Shown: piece after piece, positions 52,200 to 62,817 of the stretch
How positions within the stretch are numbered: position 1 is the stretch's first letter
How the letters are laid out: each line of letters begins with the position of its first letter
From: Carcharhinus longimanus
Taxonomy: Eukaryota
Direction of reading: 5' to 3'
Length of the DNA: 62,817 bases
NCBI GenBank assembly: GCA_030264375.1
Contig: JASCQW010000105.1
Location: 49,203,732 to 49,266,548 of the forward strand
Position numbers and translations under genes: made by a program
Notes under the pieces: model-generated
What the model was told of the DNA's origin: nothing
Seen by the model: the letters and a program-made list of their open reading frames with translations, nothing else
The model's database searches: none

Positions 52200-53320
52200 A
52201 AAAAAAAATCCTAGTTTAACTTGCAGCTATCCAGTCATGGTCAGAAAATCATCTACAATGGCTTTTCTTCTCACTCCCACGCCATCATCTCTGGCATTCC
52301 CCAAGGATCTATTCTTAAGCCTCTTTTTTTCTCATCTGCATGTTGCTTCCCTGCAGCATCATCTGAAATGCTGGCATCAGTTTCCATAAATATGCTGACA
52401 ATATCCAGCACTTTGCCAATTTCCTTGATCCCTTTTCCATTGCTAAGTTGCCAGACTGCTTGTCCGTCATCCAGTACTGAATGAGCAGAAGTTTTTCCCA
52501 ACAAAATATTGGGAAAAGCAAGCCACTGTCTCTAATCCCCTTCACAAACTTTGTCCCCTAATCATTGACTCCACGTTTCTCCCTGGGAACTGTCTCAGAT
52601 TGATTCAGATTCTTTGTAATCTTGGTGTTATATTTGTCCTTGAGATGAGCTACCTAACATATATATATTATCTCTAAAACTGTCTATTCCTTCTTCTGCA
52701 TCATTCCCTGACTGACCTTGTCTCAACTTTACATCTGCTTAAGCTCTCACCCATGCCTTTGTCACCTCTAGATTTGATTATCTCAATGGGCAGTGTTCCA
52801 CATTCTGTCAAAGTAAATTTGATGTCATTTAAAACACTGCTGTGTGGGTTTTACACAGCACCAAGTCCTGTTTGTACATCATCTTTGGGCACACTGATCT
52901 ATAAGTAACACCTTAATTTTAAAATCTTCATCCTTATTTTCAGATCTCGATGGCATTGTACACCAGCTCCAATTTCTGCAATTTTTGAAGCCCCACAATC
53001 TCCTGAAATTGTTGTGCTCACAAATTTTAATCCATTGAGCAACCCTGATTTTCATTCACCATCACTGATAGCCTGGCCCTTAGCTGCCTAACCACAATGC
53101 TGTAGAATTCCCTTCCTAAACCTCACTGTCTCTCTTTCACACATTCCTTTTTCAAGATGTTCCTTAAAGCTGACCCCTTTGTCTATAGAAACTTGGGCAT
53201 TGGAGCCACTATCTCTTTCAGTGTCTTGGTGTCCAAATTTGCTCCATGATGTAACTGTGAAGCAGCTTGGAAATTTTAAGCACGTGATAGGAACTATATA
53301 AATTAAAGTTGTTATTGTTA
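52200..53320 (+). mobile_element. L2-clade LINE 3' part, degenerate
   Basis: SGIPQGSILKPLF, NLGVIF, LTHAFVTSRFDY, FKILIL; tail CTATATAAATTAAAGTTGTTATTG. Confidence 0.82.
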
Positions 53321-53419
53321 CGTATCCCAACTTTCCATTCATCTGTGATGTCCCATTACAATGTACTCTCGGCCACCATCCTACAAAAAGCAATGAATAA
53401 AAATTTTCCCCAACCTTCT

Positions 53420-53975
53420 TTGATTTGATTTATTATTGTCAATGTATTAGCATACAGTGAAAAGTATTGTTTCTTGCATGCTGTACAGATAAAGCATACT
53501 GTTCGTAGAGAAGGAAACGAGAGTACAGAGTGTAATGTTACAGTTATAGCTAGGGTGTAGAGAAGGATCTACTTAATGCTAGGTAAGTCCATTCAAAAGT
53601 CTAATGGCAGCAGGGAAGAAGCTGTACTTGAGTCCATTGGTATGTGACCTCAGGCTTTTGTATCTTTTTCCCAATAGAGGAAGGTGGAAGACAGAATGTC
53701 TGGGGTGCATGCATTCCTTCATTATGCAGGCTGCTTTGCCGAGGCAGCCGGAAGTATAGACAGAGTCAATGGGTGGGAGGCTGGTTTGCATGAAGGGACT
53801 GGGCTACGTTCATGACCTTTTGTAGTTTCTTGTGGTCTTGGGCAGAGCAGGAGCCATACCAAGCTATGATACAACCAGAAAGAACGCTTTCTATGGTGCA
53901 GCTGTACAAGTTGGTGAGAGTTATAGCTGACATGCCAAATTTCCTTAGTCTTCTGAGAAAGTAGAGGCGTTGTCA
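53420..53975 (-). mobile_element. Rex1/Babar LINE 3' end
   Basis: CLGKAACIMK..HPRHSVFHL..GKRYKSLRSHTNGLKYSFFPAAIRLLN; (AAATC)n tail. Confidence 0.85.
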
Positions 53976-53997
53976 AACCAAATATGCAAAGGCGCAG

Positions 53998-54130
53998 GCT
54001 GGCATTCTCTAACCTTGCCTTCAGAGGGATTCTTTGGTCCCGCTGCTATGAATGGAGTTTTGGCTGAGTGCCACATTCTCCGTTCTCATTGGCAGTGATA
54101 GTGGGGTATACGAGACTGAAGAATTTTAGC
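53998..54130 (-). mobile_element. MITE, same family as 44839-44974
   Basis: GCTGGCATTCTC ... GAAGAATTTTAGC ends; internal ATTCTCCGTTCTC. Confidence 0.55.
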
Positions 54131-56091
54131 ACAGTCAAAATGAATTATTCACCACTGTGCATGTTTACTTGGTGCCTCTTTTTCGTTTGCATTTGCCAGT
54201 CTTACCACCCCCTAAGTGATGCTACCCCAGTGGATGCAGCAAGACTGACAGAAGGCCATTGACATTCACTGGCGAAGAATGCAGTTGGTCTTGCAGGACA
54301 ATGTTGAACAGCTCTGGACTTTGGACAGCGCCATCCAAGCATGTAAGGCAACAGTCTGGGCTGATGAATAACAACAGCATTACTGGAGCAGCAGTGGGTG
54401 GAGCATGACTCTGTCATCCTGAGAAACAATAGGTATGTGCTCCATGTTTTCACTGTCACCACGGGGTGACACATCAACAATTCCAGTGATCCATTGCAGA
54501 ACAAATTGCTGGACTGCTGTGACAGCCTGCATACCAGTTGTAGCACTGAGATCCATTGACAGCAGCCTGAACCTGTGTGGTAGCGACGGATCTCATCATC
54601 TCTGTCTGAGCCTCCACTGTAGCACTGAGTCTTTGAGTGGCTTCCAGCTGTGCTGTCATGAAGGCTGAGTCAGGATGGCTGAGTCTGCAAGTGCTATCGT
54701 GGAGTTAGCTGCTACTGCCATAGCTGAAAGGATGGACCCCCCCCAAGCTCTGTGCGATTCCCTCTGCCAAACTGCAGTCACTTTTCTCCATTCTCCCAAA
54801 CAATGACTTGTGTTGCAAATCGATTGTAATTGACTCAAGGAAAATGAAAATCAACAGTTTCTTTCATAAGCAGCTAATCTGCAATATCGGTTTTACACCA
54901 GGATAGGTTGTTGAAGATCTAATCCTAGAGACTGGAGGAAATGCTCCCCTAACATGACAAAATCTTTTGAAAGCAGGAAGATAGCAAAGAGATGTTTTTA
55001 AATGAAGAGACAGGGAACTGAATTTGTACAGAAAATCTCCCATCTTTCTTCTGCTTGGAATGAGGTACAGCTCAATTTAAGGTACCTGGACATCTTGTTT
55101 ACAAGAATGTTTTTTGTTCATATTTAAAGCGACTGCACAGGTAGAGCAGTTTCTAGAATTTATAGAAAATGTTCATACCATTTGATCTCTATTTGTGAAT
55201 AATGAGGTGTTCAGCTTGGAAGAACACCTTGGAAGAACAATTAACAGGGTAATGTGCAAAGATGACATTCAAAGCTATTAATTTAATGCCTCAGTGCACT
55301 TTGTACATGGTCTACAGAAGTAAGTGACAAGGAAAGGGGATGAAGTAACTGAATCTCCAGCAGGTCCTCATCCTTCTCAGGTTAACAGGGAGGTGTAAGT
55401 GTGCTTTGCAAGGGAAGAGGAGCTGTTACCTTCCACATCTGGATGCTCCTCTTAAGGCACTCCTGCTGTTGACACTGTCTGTCAACCCCTCTCCAGTAGC
55501 TGTGATGCTAACTGAGTGTCCAGCACCTGAGAAAGATGCTCTCAATAGACCTTCAGGCAGATAGGAGACAGCTGCAAAAGTAATCCCAGAACTGGATACA
55601 GCAAGATCAATGGCCAGCCACCTGTCCAGCTAAAAATGGCCGTGCCTTCTAGAAGCAGTCGGAAGCACATTCAGAAGAACATCTCAATGCACCGAGTTCA
55701 CAAGTGACTTGGCACTTGTTAAGATCTGATTGGTTAGTTTCAATCAATGTATTTCACAGTTACTGACTTTGATTTGTTGCTGCTTTGTCAGATGTCACCT
55801 CTACCTCCACACCTTCAGTGGGTTGTGAGTGTAAGGGAGACTGGCTTTGTTCAGCTCCTCAGTTGTCAGTGTCCATGGAGAGGCTGGGTGCTAGATGATT
55901 ATGTGTGAGATGAAGGAGGCAAACTTCAATCATTGAAAGGGTATCAGTGTTGCAGGAATTTGGTGTAAATGAGATCGGCTTAAGTCTCCCTTACCCATGC
56001 CTCAATCCCCTTTACCTCTGCTGAAAGGGGCTCACCAACCTGACCAGCCACTTCTGGTCCTCATTGGATGTGGAGTGTCAGTCAGCTATAA

Positions 56092-57240
56092 GAGGATAAG
56101 ACCGTAAAATGGAGAAGCAGAAGTAGGCCATTCGGCCCATTGAGTCTGCTGTGTCATTTAATAACATCATTACTGATCTGATATAGTAGTCTGGTTGTAT
56201 TGCAGCTTAGTATGTCTCCTGCTCTATCCAAGACCACAAAAAATACAAAGTCTTGTGAACGAAGCCCAGTCCATCATGCAAACCAGCCCCCCTTCCACTG
56301 ACTCTGTCTACACTTCCCACTGCCTCAGAAAAGCAACCAGCATAATCAAGAACCCCATGCACTCGGGACATACTCTCTTCCACCTTCTTCCATCAGGAAA
56401 AAGAGTCTGAGGACATGTACCAACCGACTCAAGAACAACTTCTTCCCCACTGCCAGCAGACTTTCAATTGGACCTACCTCATATTAAGTTGACCCTTCTC
56501 TACACCCTACTTGTGACTGTAACACTGCATTCTGTACTTTCTACTTTCCTTCTCTATAAGTGGTATGGTTTGTCTATATAGCGCACAAGAAACAATACTT
56601 TTCATTGCACACTAATACATGTGACAATATTAAATCAAATCAAATCTCCACTTTCCTGCCTTATCTTGATAACCCTTGCTCCCCTTTCTGATTAAAAATC
56701 TGTCTATCTCAGCCTTGAACATACTTAATGACCCAACCTGTACAACCTGTTGTGGTAAAGAATTCCACAGATTCACTATCCTTTGAGAGAAACAATTCCT
56801 CCTTATCTCTGTCTTAAATGGAAGGTCACCTTACTCTGTTCCAGACTCTCCCACAAGGGGAAACAATTTCTCAGCATTTACCCTGTCAATCCCCTTGAGA
56901 ATCCTATATGTCTCAATAGGGTCATTTTGTATTCTTCTAAACTCTGATGAGTTAAACTCTGATCCGTGGATAGNNNNNNNNNNNNNNNNNNNNNNNNNNN
57001 NNNNNNNNNNNNNNNNNNNNNNNNNNNNNNNNNNNNNNNNNNNNNNNNNNNNNNNNNNNNNNNNNNNNNNNNNGTTTTACTGGTCGGCGCAACATCGTGG
57101 GCCGAAGGGCCTGTTCTGCGCTGTAATGTTCTATGTTCTATGTTCTATGAGTACAGGCCCAACTTTATCATCCTCTTTTCATAAGAAAATCCCTGCCTAC
57201 CCAGGATCAACATAGTGAACCTTTTCTGGACTGCCTCTAA
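56092..57240 (-). mobile_element. CR1 LINE 3' end interrupted by Rex and CR1-tail insertions
   Basis: GCAGAAGTAGGCCATTCGGCCC tail; resumes at 56645 (GAATTCCACAGATTCAC) and 57148. Confidence 0.78.
56190..56646 (+). mobile_element. Rex1/Babar LINE 3' end nested in CR1
   Basis: VYTSHCLRKATSIIKNPMHSGHTLFHLLPSGKR; AAATCAAATCAAATC tail. Confidence 0.85.
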
Positions 57241-57249
57241 AGCCAGAAA

Positions 57250-57570
57250 GGGGACCTGGAAAAGCTGTGGCATAGGAACTGTTGAAATATGTGAATGTCA
57301 GAGGCACACACCTACACAATGTGCTCTGAGTGGTCACAGACCAGTTGAAATGTTTATGGAATGGAATCCTTTCCTGTTGATGAAGGATCCTGGTTGCTTC
57401 AATGGAGCCTTGATGCCACATGCATGCACCAGGGGGAATCCAGCAATGAATCTCTGTCTGGCTGTCAGGGTCCGCCAGGACTGCGCATAGTTACCTACTC
57501 TCTTAAACAAGGTATTGGTCACTGACTTGATGCAGAGGTGAGCTACTGCCTGGCCGACCCCACTCATGTT
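57250..57570 (-). pseudogene. PIF/Harbinger transposase relic
   Basis: IAGFPLVH...IKAP..QPGSFINRKGFHSINI. Confidence 0.78.
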
Positions 57571-57696
57571 CCCAGTGGATTCCTAGGAAGAAATGGATAT
57601 GTAAAAATTCAGTTTAATGTCAATCCTAAATTCAACAGGCATTGGGTGTCCACTGAGGTCTATGGGTCACAGCTAATCCTGCATATGAGTTGATGA

Positions 57697-57993
57697 CAGT
57701 GCTGCCTCACAGCGCCAGGGACACAGGTTTGATTCCCAGCTTTGGTCACTGTCTGTGTGGAGTTTGCACATTCTCCTCGTGTCTGCGAAGGTTTTCTCCA
57801 GGTGCTCCGTCTGCCTCCCACAGTCACAAGACTTGTGGGTTAGGTTGATTGGCCATTCTAAGTTGACCCCAGTTTTGAGGGGATTAGCAGGGTAAACATG
57901 TGGGGCTACAGGGATAGGGTGGAATTGTTGTCAGCGCAGGTCCAATAGGCCAAATGGCCTCCTTCTGTACTGTAGGAATTCTATGATTCTATG
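57697..57993 (+). mobile_element. HE1-type V-SINE
   Basis: GCTGCCTCACAGCGCCAGGGAC head, V-domain, ATTCTATGATTCTATGA tail. Confidence 0.88.
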
Positions 57994-58979
57994 ACAGCCT
58001 CCCATGACAGCCAAAGTCTTCATTAACATTGGTGCTCTGTCATCTGCAGGTAATGAGGCAAGTCCAATACTTTCTCAGTCACAGACTCTTCTTGCTATGC
58101 CTGCCTGCTGCTGACCTCCTACGCACCCTTCTGCAGCTTGCCCAGCCAGGGACAGGCCTCCTTGGTACTCCTGCTGTTGCTTGGTGCCTTCAGTTCCTGA
58201 TCCTCCCTCTCTTTGCACAGCTTTTCCTCCCCACGTTTGTCCAGGACACCAGGTATATGAATTCCATGATTGTTCTCCCCCTGTCTCGTGAGCTGCTCTT
58301 GGATCAATCTTCTCTGGAGCCCTGCCTCTGTGCTCCCGTTTGAACCCGTGACAATGAGTCCCTTGCTGAAAGCCCAGTCACACAATTAGCTCCCACTGCT
58401 GCTGTAAGCCCACCAGCTGACGAAACTCCCACACTTACAGGCCTATCATTGTAGGCCAACAATAGTCTCAACTGCCCTTTCTCCCACATCAGGTCAACCC
58501 TGAATCAAGAAAATACATCAATATGGCTGACTTTTGGAGGTGGTTCTGAGGCCTCAGTTTGATGTCACCTGCTTTAACTTGTCAGAGATCTGGTAGCCAT
58601 TGCCTCCATGCACCACTTATTAGATGCCAAATTCTGCATTAAATATTTGAACTATTGTCTATTTACTCAGTGAGCTTCATTGTCTTTCCAGTATGTCATG
58701 GTGGCACTGCCATCCTGGAGCTTTCTTACTACTGGTTAAATGTGGAAGATGCCACATCAGCGTCTTGATCCAACGTGTTTCCTTCCAATCTTTTGCTGTC
58801 CTGCCTTGTATCCCTCCAAACCAAGTGCTGCTCACCTCATTAATTATGCAGCTAGCAGTTTTGACACCAAAGCAGGCTGGAAGTCACTTGCCCTGCCGCC
58901 ATATGTAAAAGGCACAGACATTCATTCATGCATAGCATCAGGGCTCCACAACACCGAAATGTCCTCTGGGATGCAGCAG

Positions 58980-59145
58980 ACATGGCCCCAAGGCTCAGCA
59001 ATGCCTCATTGGAGACCCTCCTCTGGACCGTAGGGGACAGGAGAGACACACTATTTCTCACAGATGGGAAGAGCAGGAGGCCTACCCGACTCATCACGCT
59101 GGCCTGGGAGGAGGTTGCCAGGAAGGTCAATGTCAGGGTGCAGGA
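58980..59145 (+). pseudogene. Harbinger-associated Myb/SANT DNA-binding domain relic
   Basis: APRLSNASLETLL..V..RRDTLF..DGK..P......AWEEVARKVN, typical of MSANTD-like Harbinger ORFs. Confidence 0.7.
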
Positions 59146-59844
59146 AATGAAAGAATGTCCTGATCCATGAAACCAGGGTAAGATAATCCGCCCACTTGCA
59201 TTAAGATTGGAGTGACCAGGTTGGAGGCAGGTTAGGGTTAGGTTTGACATTTTTTAAGTTTTCATATCTTTCCCTGCCTAAACTTACGTGTTAAAATTCA
59301 ATGAGCAGTTATGCAGGATTAGAAATCCTACTCCTGCCCCCCATCCAACACCCGCTCAACACGCCACCCTGTCATTTATTTCCCTATTAAAGTGGCCTTT
59401 AGCAAATCATGATGTATGACTCAATCAGTGTAAATTCTCTTTGTAGGTTTTAATTGTTCCTGGTCACAATTCCTCTGTCAGACTCTCAATGACATTCTCT
59501 AAGAATCCCCAGATTGATAACTTGGATTAATCAGTGGCCCCCTATTCAAATCCCCCCTTTCCTTATTTACATGTTTGCTTTTATCAAACAAACAAATAAA
59601 ATTATTTATAAAATAATTATATTAATAGCTAATTATCTAAACCTTGACAAATGATACATTTGGCTAAGTAAGGTTATCTGCCAGACTGTACATAGCATAC
59701 TGATTAACGTTTAAAGATATTGCAGTATAACTACAGCATAGCAAAATTTGTCTGGTAATTACATACACTTAGGTTTAATAAGAATATTGAGCAACTGAGA
59801 AAAAGGAAAGATTTGCAGTTATAGTAACAATTTCAGAATGCCCC

Positions 59845-60238
59845 TGTTGGAGTGAAATCGAAATTAAAGAACACAAAATGGTTACCCTGGCACAAAAGCA
59901 GGACCAAAACAATGAGTTTTGATAACGAGATCAGCCATTGATGGGGACATACTCTATGTATAACGATGTGGTAACTATCAATGTCCGTATTTGTCTATGT
60001 ATAACGATGTGCTAACAATCGATGCCCATACTTGTCCTCTTAACATATAATGATGTGCTAACAGCTAATATCCGTACTGTCCATTATCTAAAATGTATGA
60101 AAGATGCTCAACTACCATTGTAAAGTTGAGAAGGTGACTGCACACACTGCGGAGAGCCCAGTGCTTCTCCCAAAGCTTTGTCCGATAAAACTGTGTGTTG
60201 AATCTCCAAGTATGACTCCAAGTGGCGATTTTCCCACA
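59845..60238 (+). repeat. 5' LTR (394 bp)
   Basis: TGTTGGAG...TTCCCACA imperfect inverted termini (TG...CA), followed closely by the PBS; TATA-like TATGAAAG near 60097 and GATAAA at 60184. Confidence 0.75.
59952..60082 (+). repeat. Three tandem 41-45 bp repeats in U3
   Basis: TATAA(C/T)GATGTG(G/C)TAAC...(C)C(G/A)TA(T/C)T three times. Confidence 0.85.
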
Positions 60239-60244
60239 AAAAAT

Positions 60245-60263
60245 TGGCATAGTCGGGCAAGAT
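60245..60263 (+). promoter_or_regulatory. Primer-binding site complementary to tRNA-Ser
   Basis: TGGCATAGTCGGGCAAGAT vs TGGCGTAGTCGGCAGGAT (reverse complement of the vertebrate tRNA-Ser 3' end): two substitutions and one extra G. Confidence 0.85.
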
Positions 60264-60270
60264 CTCACTG

Positions 60271-60279
60271 CTGGTGAGT
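60271..60279 (+). promoter_or_regulatory. Putative major splice donor
   Basis: CTG|GTGAGT just after the PBS. Confidence 0.6.
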
Positions 60280-60869
60280 TGGATCGGTTGGCCTCGATTG
60301 GCGAAGTGGGGTAGAGATCATTGAATCTGTGGGAGTCAGACTGAGTCAACAATGCAGTTTAAAATGGGTAAAAATTAGGGGAATTTATGGTATAGAAATA
60401 AGTATTCATTGTTAATGATATAGAAATAAGCATTGACTGTTACTTGTGCTGATCGACTAAAGGACAAGGAAGTGCCTGTCTCAAACTTACAGCCTTAGAC
60501 CAGTTGTTAAGAGGAGAAATCTCCCATACGAAGGTCAGGACCCTGAAGTGGGTGTAGAGGCACAAGAGCACTTAGGATCTTGAAGTCCAAGTGGCAAAGG
60601 TCATTTAACATCAAACTCTGTAGTGGTGAACAAACGTAGAGTTTGCCACCTGTTTGCATGAAAGTGTGTATAGTTGTGTACTTGTCTAAATCACATTGTA
60701 AAGTGGTGCAGAAAAGGAGCTGATCACTTTGACCTAGAGCCGGACTCCAGTGGAGAAAACACATTGCCGAGGAGATAATCGTGGCCATGAGTATAAATAG
60801 AAACCCAAACGGTGGAGAAAACATGTTGCTAAGGAAGTAATCGAGGCTGGGGGTAGTGAAGTCTGTGAG

Positions 60870-61840
60870 ATGGCAGATAGAGAAACTAAGTGGGGACCTG
60901 CAGGTTCTCTCAATGATAAATATACGACAGACAGACACGTGTTAATTAAGAAGATGGAAAGGGATGGCTGGGATGTTTCTCAGGCCTTAGAACAACAGAG
61001 AAAGTGGGTAGATGGAGAGAAGAGAGACAAAACAAAAAAGGCAGGGGTAATATTAGTACGTCAATTAGCGGGACTAATTGAACTAGTCGGCGCCTCCACT
61101 AAAAGGTGAAGCGAGGATAAGGATAAGATTAAAAAATTTGGAATCCAGAGTAAGGGAATTGGAGAAAAGGAATTGAGTATTAGAGGAGAATCAATAAGGA
61201 AGGGAAACTCTTCCTTTGCCCTCTTATGAGTCCACACAACAGGGACCAACCACCCCTCTACAGGATGGGGAAGCGCTAGAACAAATGCTCCTACTAATTG
61301 GAGCAGAATCACAACGACCAAGCAACAAAAAGGGGGAAGGAGCTTCTCAATATGGGGAACGGTTTTTCCAAGTATACCAGGAATGCTCAGGGCAGGGAAA
61401 CCGAGGCAGCGGGAATCGAGCTTTCATCCAGGCATTCAAGGATGGGCTCTCCAGCGCTTGCCAAACCATCCTAAAAATGGGAGTGATCATGTCCCAGGAT
61501 TATAATGAACTAGTGGAATGGGCTAGTGACGTACAGGGGGCAGGGAGAGAAATCTCAGACGAGGATAAGACAGGAAAGTGTAGCTGCCTATGGTAGCGGG
61601 AGCAGAACTAAGCCCCAACTGATCTGTCACAATTACGGCCGACAAGGGCACTTTGCAAAGGAGTGCTGGGTCCCAAGGAAAGGAAACAAATTTGAAAACA
61701 GTGGGTGACATTGTAATTACTGTAATAAAAGTAGATACCCGGAAGCAATATGTTGGGACAAATATGGGAAACCCCCACCCCGATCCATGTCCACAGCAGA
61801 ATCAGAGGAACCAAGGAACCTCCGAGGTCAGCAAGACTGA
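60870..61840 (+). pseudogene. gag: Retroviral gag (frameshifts and stops)
   Basis: GAGATGG start; coiled coil IKNLESRVRELEKRN; MHR-like GEGASQYGERFFQVY; knuckles CHNYGRQGHFAKEC and CNYCNKSRYPEAIC; ends CAA GAC TGA. Confidence 0.85.
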
Positions 61841-62740
61841 GGGCCTGCAGCCCCCATTCACAAGGAATAAGTAGGAGGGAAGGATCTATGTGTCTGCACT
61901 AGTAGGGGACAAGTAATGTGAGATGTTGGTGGACACAGGAGCATCCATATCTGTCACTGACCTTCACGTACCCACTACAAGTAAGATGATTTATTTAACA
62001 TGGATAGGAGGGAACAAAACACCCACCTACCTGAGTGATACCATGTTAGCAGAAATAAATAATTTGTATATACCTATGAGATTCTATGTATGTAAAAATA
62101 ATGAGGGTACAATAATAGGGAATGATTTAATGAAGGAGCATGTCATTTTGATTGACGGTGGGAAGGGACAATTAATCTCGCCAAAACGGGATGGCCATAA
62201 AACCGGAATAGAAAAGCTCACAAGTCACCTCAAAACTATCAAGATGGCCACAGCCACCACCAGAGACTGGCGACGAGAAACAGAGGGGTTTGGAGCTATC
62301 TGTGCCTCCATTCCCAGGGTATGGGCCAAAACAAAATTAGACACTGGCCTAACCAAAACTGACTTGATAAAAGCTGCCCGGACCGGAGCATAAGCCCCAC
62401 CAACAATACCCGATAAAATCGGAAGCAAAGGCAGCTGTAGTAGAACGAGTTAAAGGGTTAGTGGAGAAAGGAATCCTGAGGGAAACTACGAGTACCACTA
62501 ACTCCCCAACCTGGCCAGTGAGCAAACCCAATGGAAGTTACAGGCTCACGATAGACTATACCGGCCTCAATAACATCACATCCAAATTGCACCCTATTGT
62601 AGCAAGCCCCTCAATAATCCTGGATGGATTGACTCTGGAGCGTAAAATCTTTACCATATTGGATATAACCAATGGATTCTGGTCCCTACTTTGGATCCCA
62701 AATCCCAAGACAAATTTGCATTTACAGTGGGAGGCAAACA
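61841..62740 (+). pseudogene. pol: Retroviral pro-pol: aspartic protease and N-terminal half of RT
   Basis: MLVDTGAS, IIGNDLM; QQYPI..EA, NSPTWPVSKPNGSYRLTIDY..LN, FTILDITNGFWS, then frameshifted LDPKSQDKFAFTVGGKQ. Confidence 0.92.
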
Positions 62741-62817
62741 GACGAGATCATGCAGCTGAATGCATGGTTGAGGGATTGGTGTAGGGTAGAGGGCTTTACT
62801 TTTGTGGATCACTGGGA
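62741..62817 (+). mobile_element. Start of a CR1 insertion (ORF1 SGNH esterase region) interrupting the ERV RT
   Basis: EIMQLNAWLRDWCRVEGFTFVDHW matches the CR1 ORF1 esterase motif LNxWLxxWCxxxGFxFxDHW. Confidence 0.75.

Larger units (their letters stand above)
59845..62740 (+). mobile_element. Endogenous retrovirus, 5' half (LTR-PBS-gag-pro-RT), degenerate
   Basis: LTR, PBS, splice donor, CCHC knuckles, DTGA protease and RT motifs in the correct order. Confidence 0.9.

Noticed and set aside
60507-60938. 143-aa antisense ORF over the ERV leader and gag start
   Set aside because: No motif; plausible by chance opposite purine-rich retroviral sequence. Worth revisiting only if conserved in other copies.
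59845-62740. Calling the ERV a foamy virus
   Set aside because: CCHC knuckles, a tRNA-Ser PBS and an apparently linked gag-pro are inconsistent with Spumaretrovirinae despite the similar NGFW RT motif.

Overview
Repeat-dense eukaryotic DNA with seven N-gaps and no host protein-coding exon that I can support. It is almost certainly from a shark or ray, because it carries many HE1-type V-SINEs with their HER1/CR1 partner tails. It is a graveyard of CR1, L2, RTE, Rex/Babar and Tx1 LINEs, Harbinger and Tigger DNA-transposon relics, MITEs, DeuSINEs and a solo LTR. Two things stand out. (1) The 5' half of a degenerate endogenous retrovirus at 59845-62740: LTR with U3 tandem repeats, tRNA-Ser PBS, splice donor, gag with coiled coil, MHR and two CCHC knuckles, a TGA readthrough-type junction, protease, and an RT resembling class III/spuma-related or lokiretrovirus-type sequences, broken by a CR1 insertion. 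(2) Four Penelope-type terminal fragments, three with minimal type I hammerhead ribozyme motifs, one forming an inverted-repeat pair. Family calls come from motif recognition by eye, not database searches; most boundaries are approximate.
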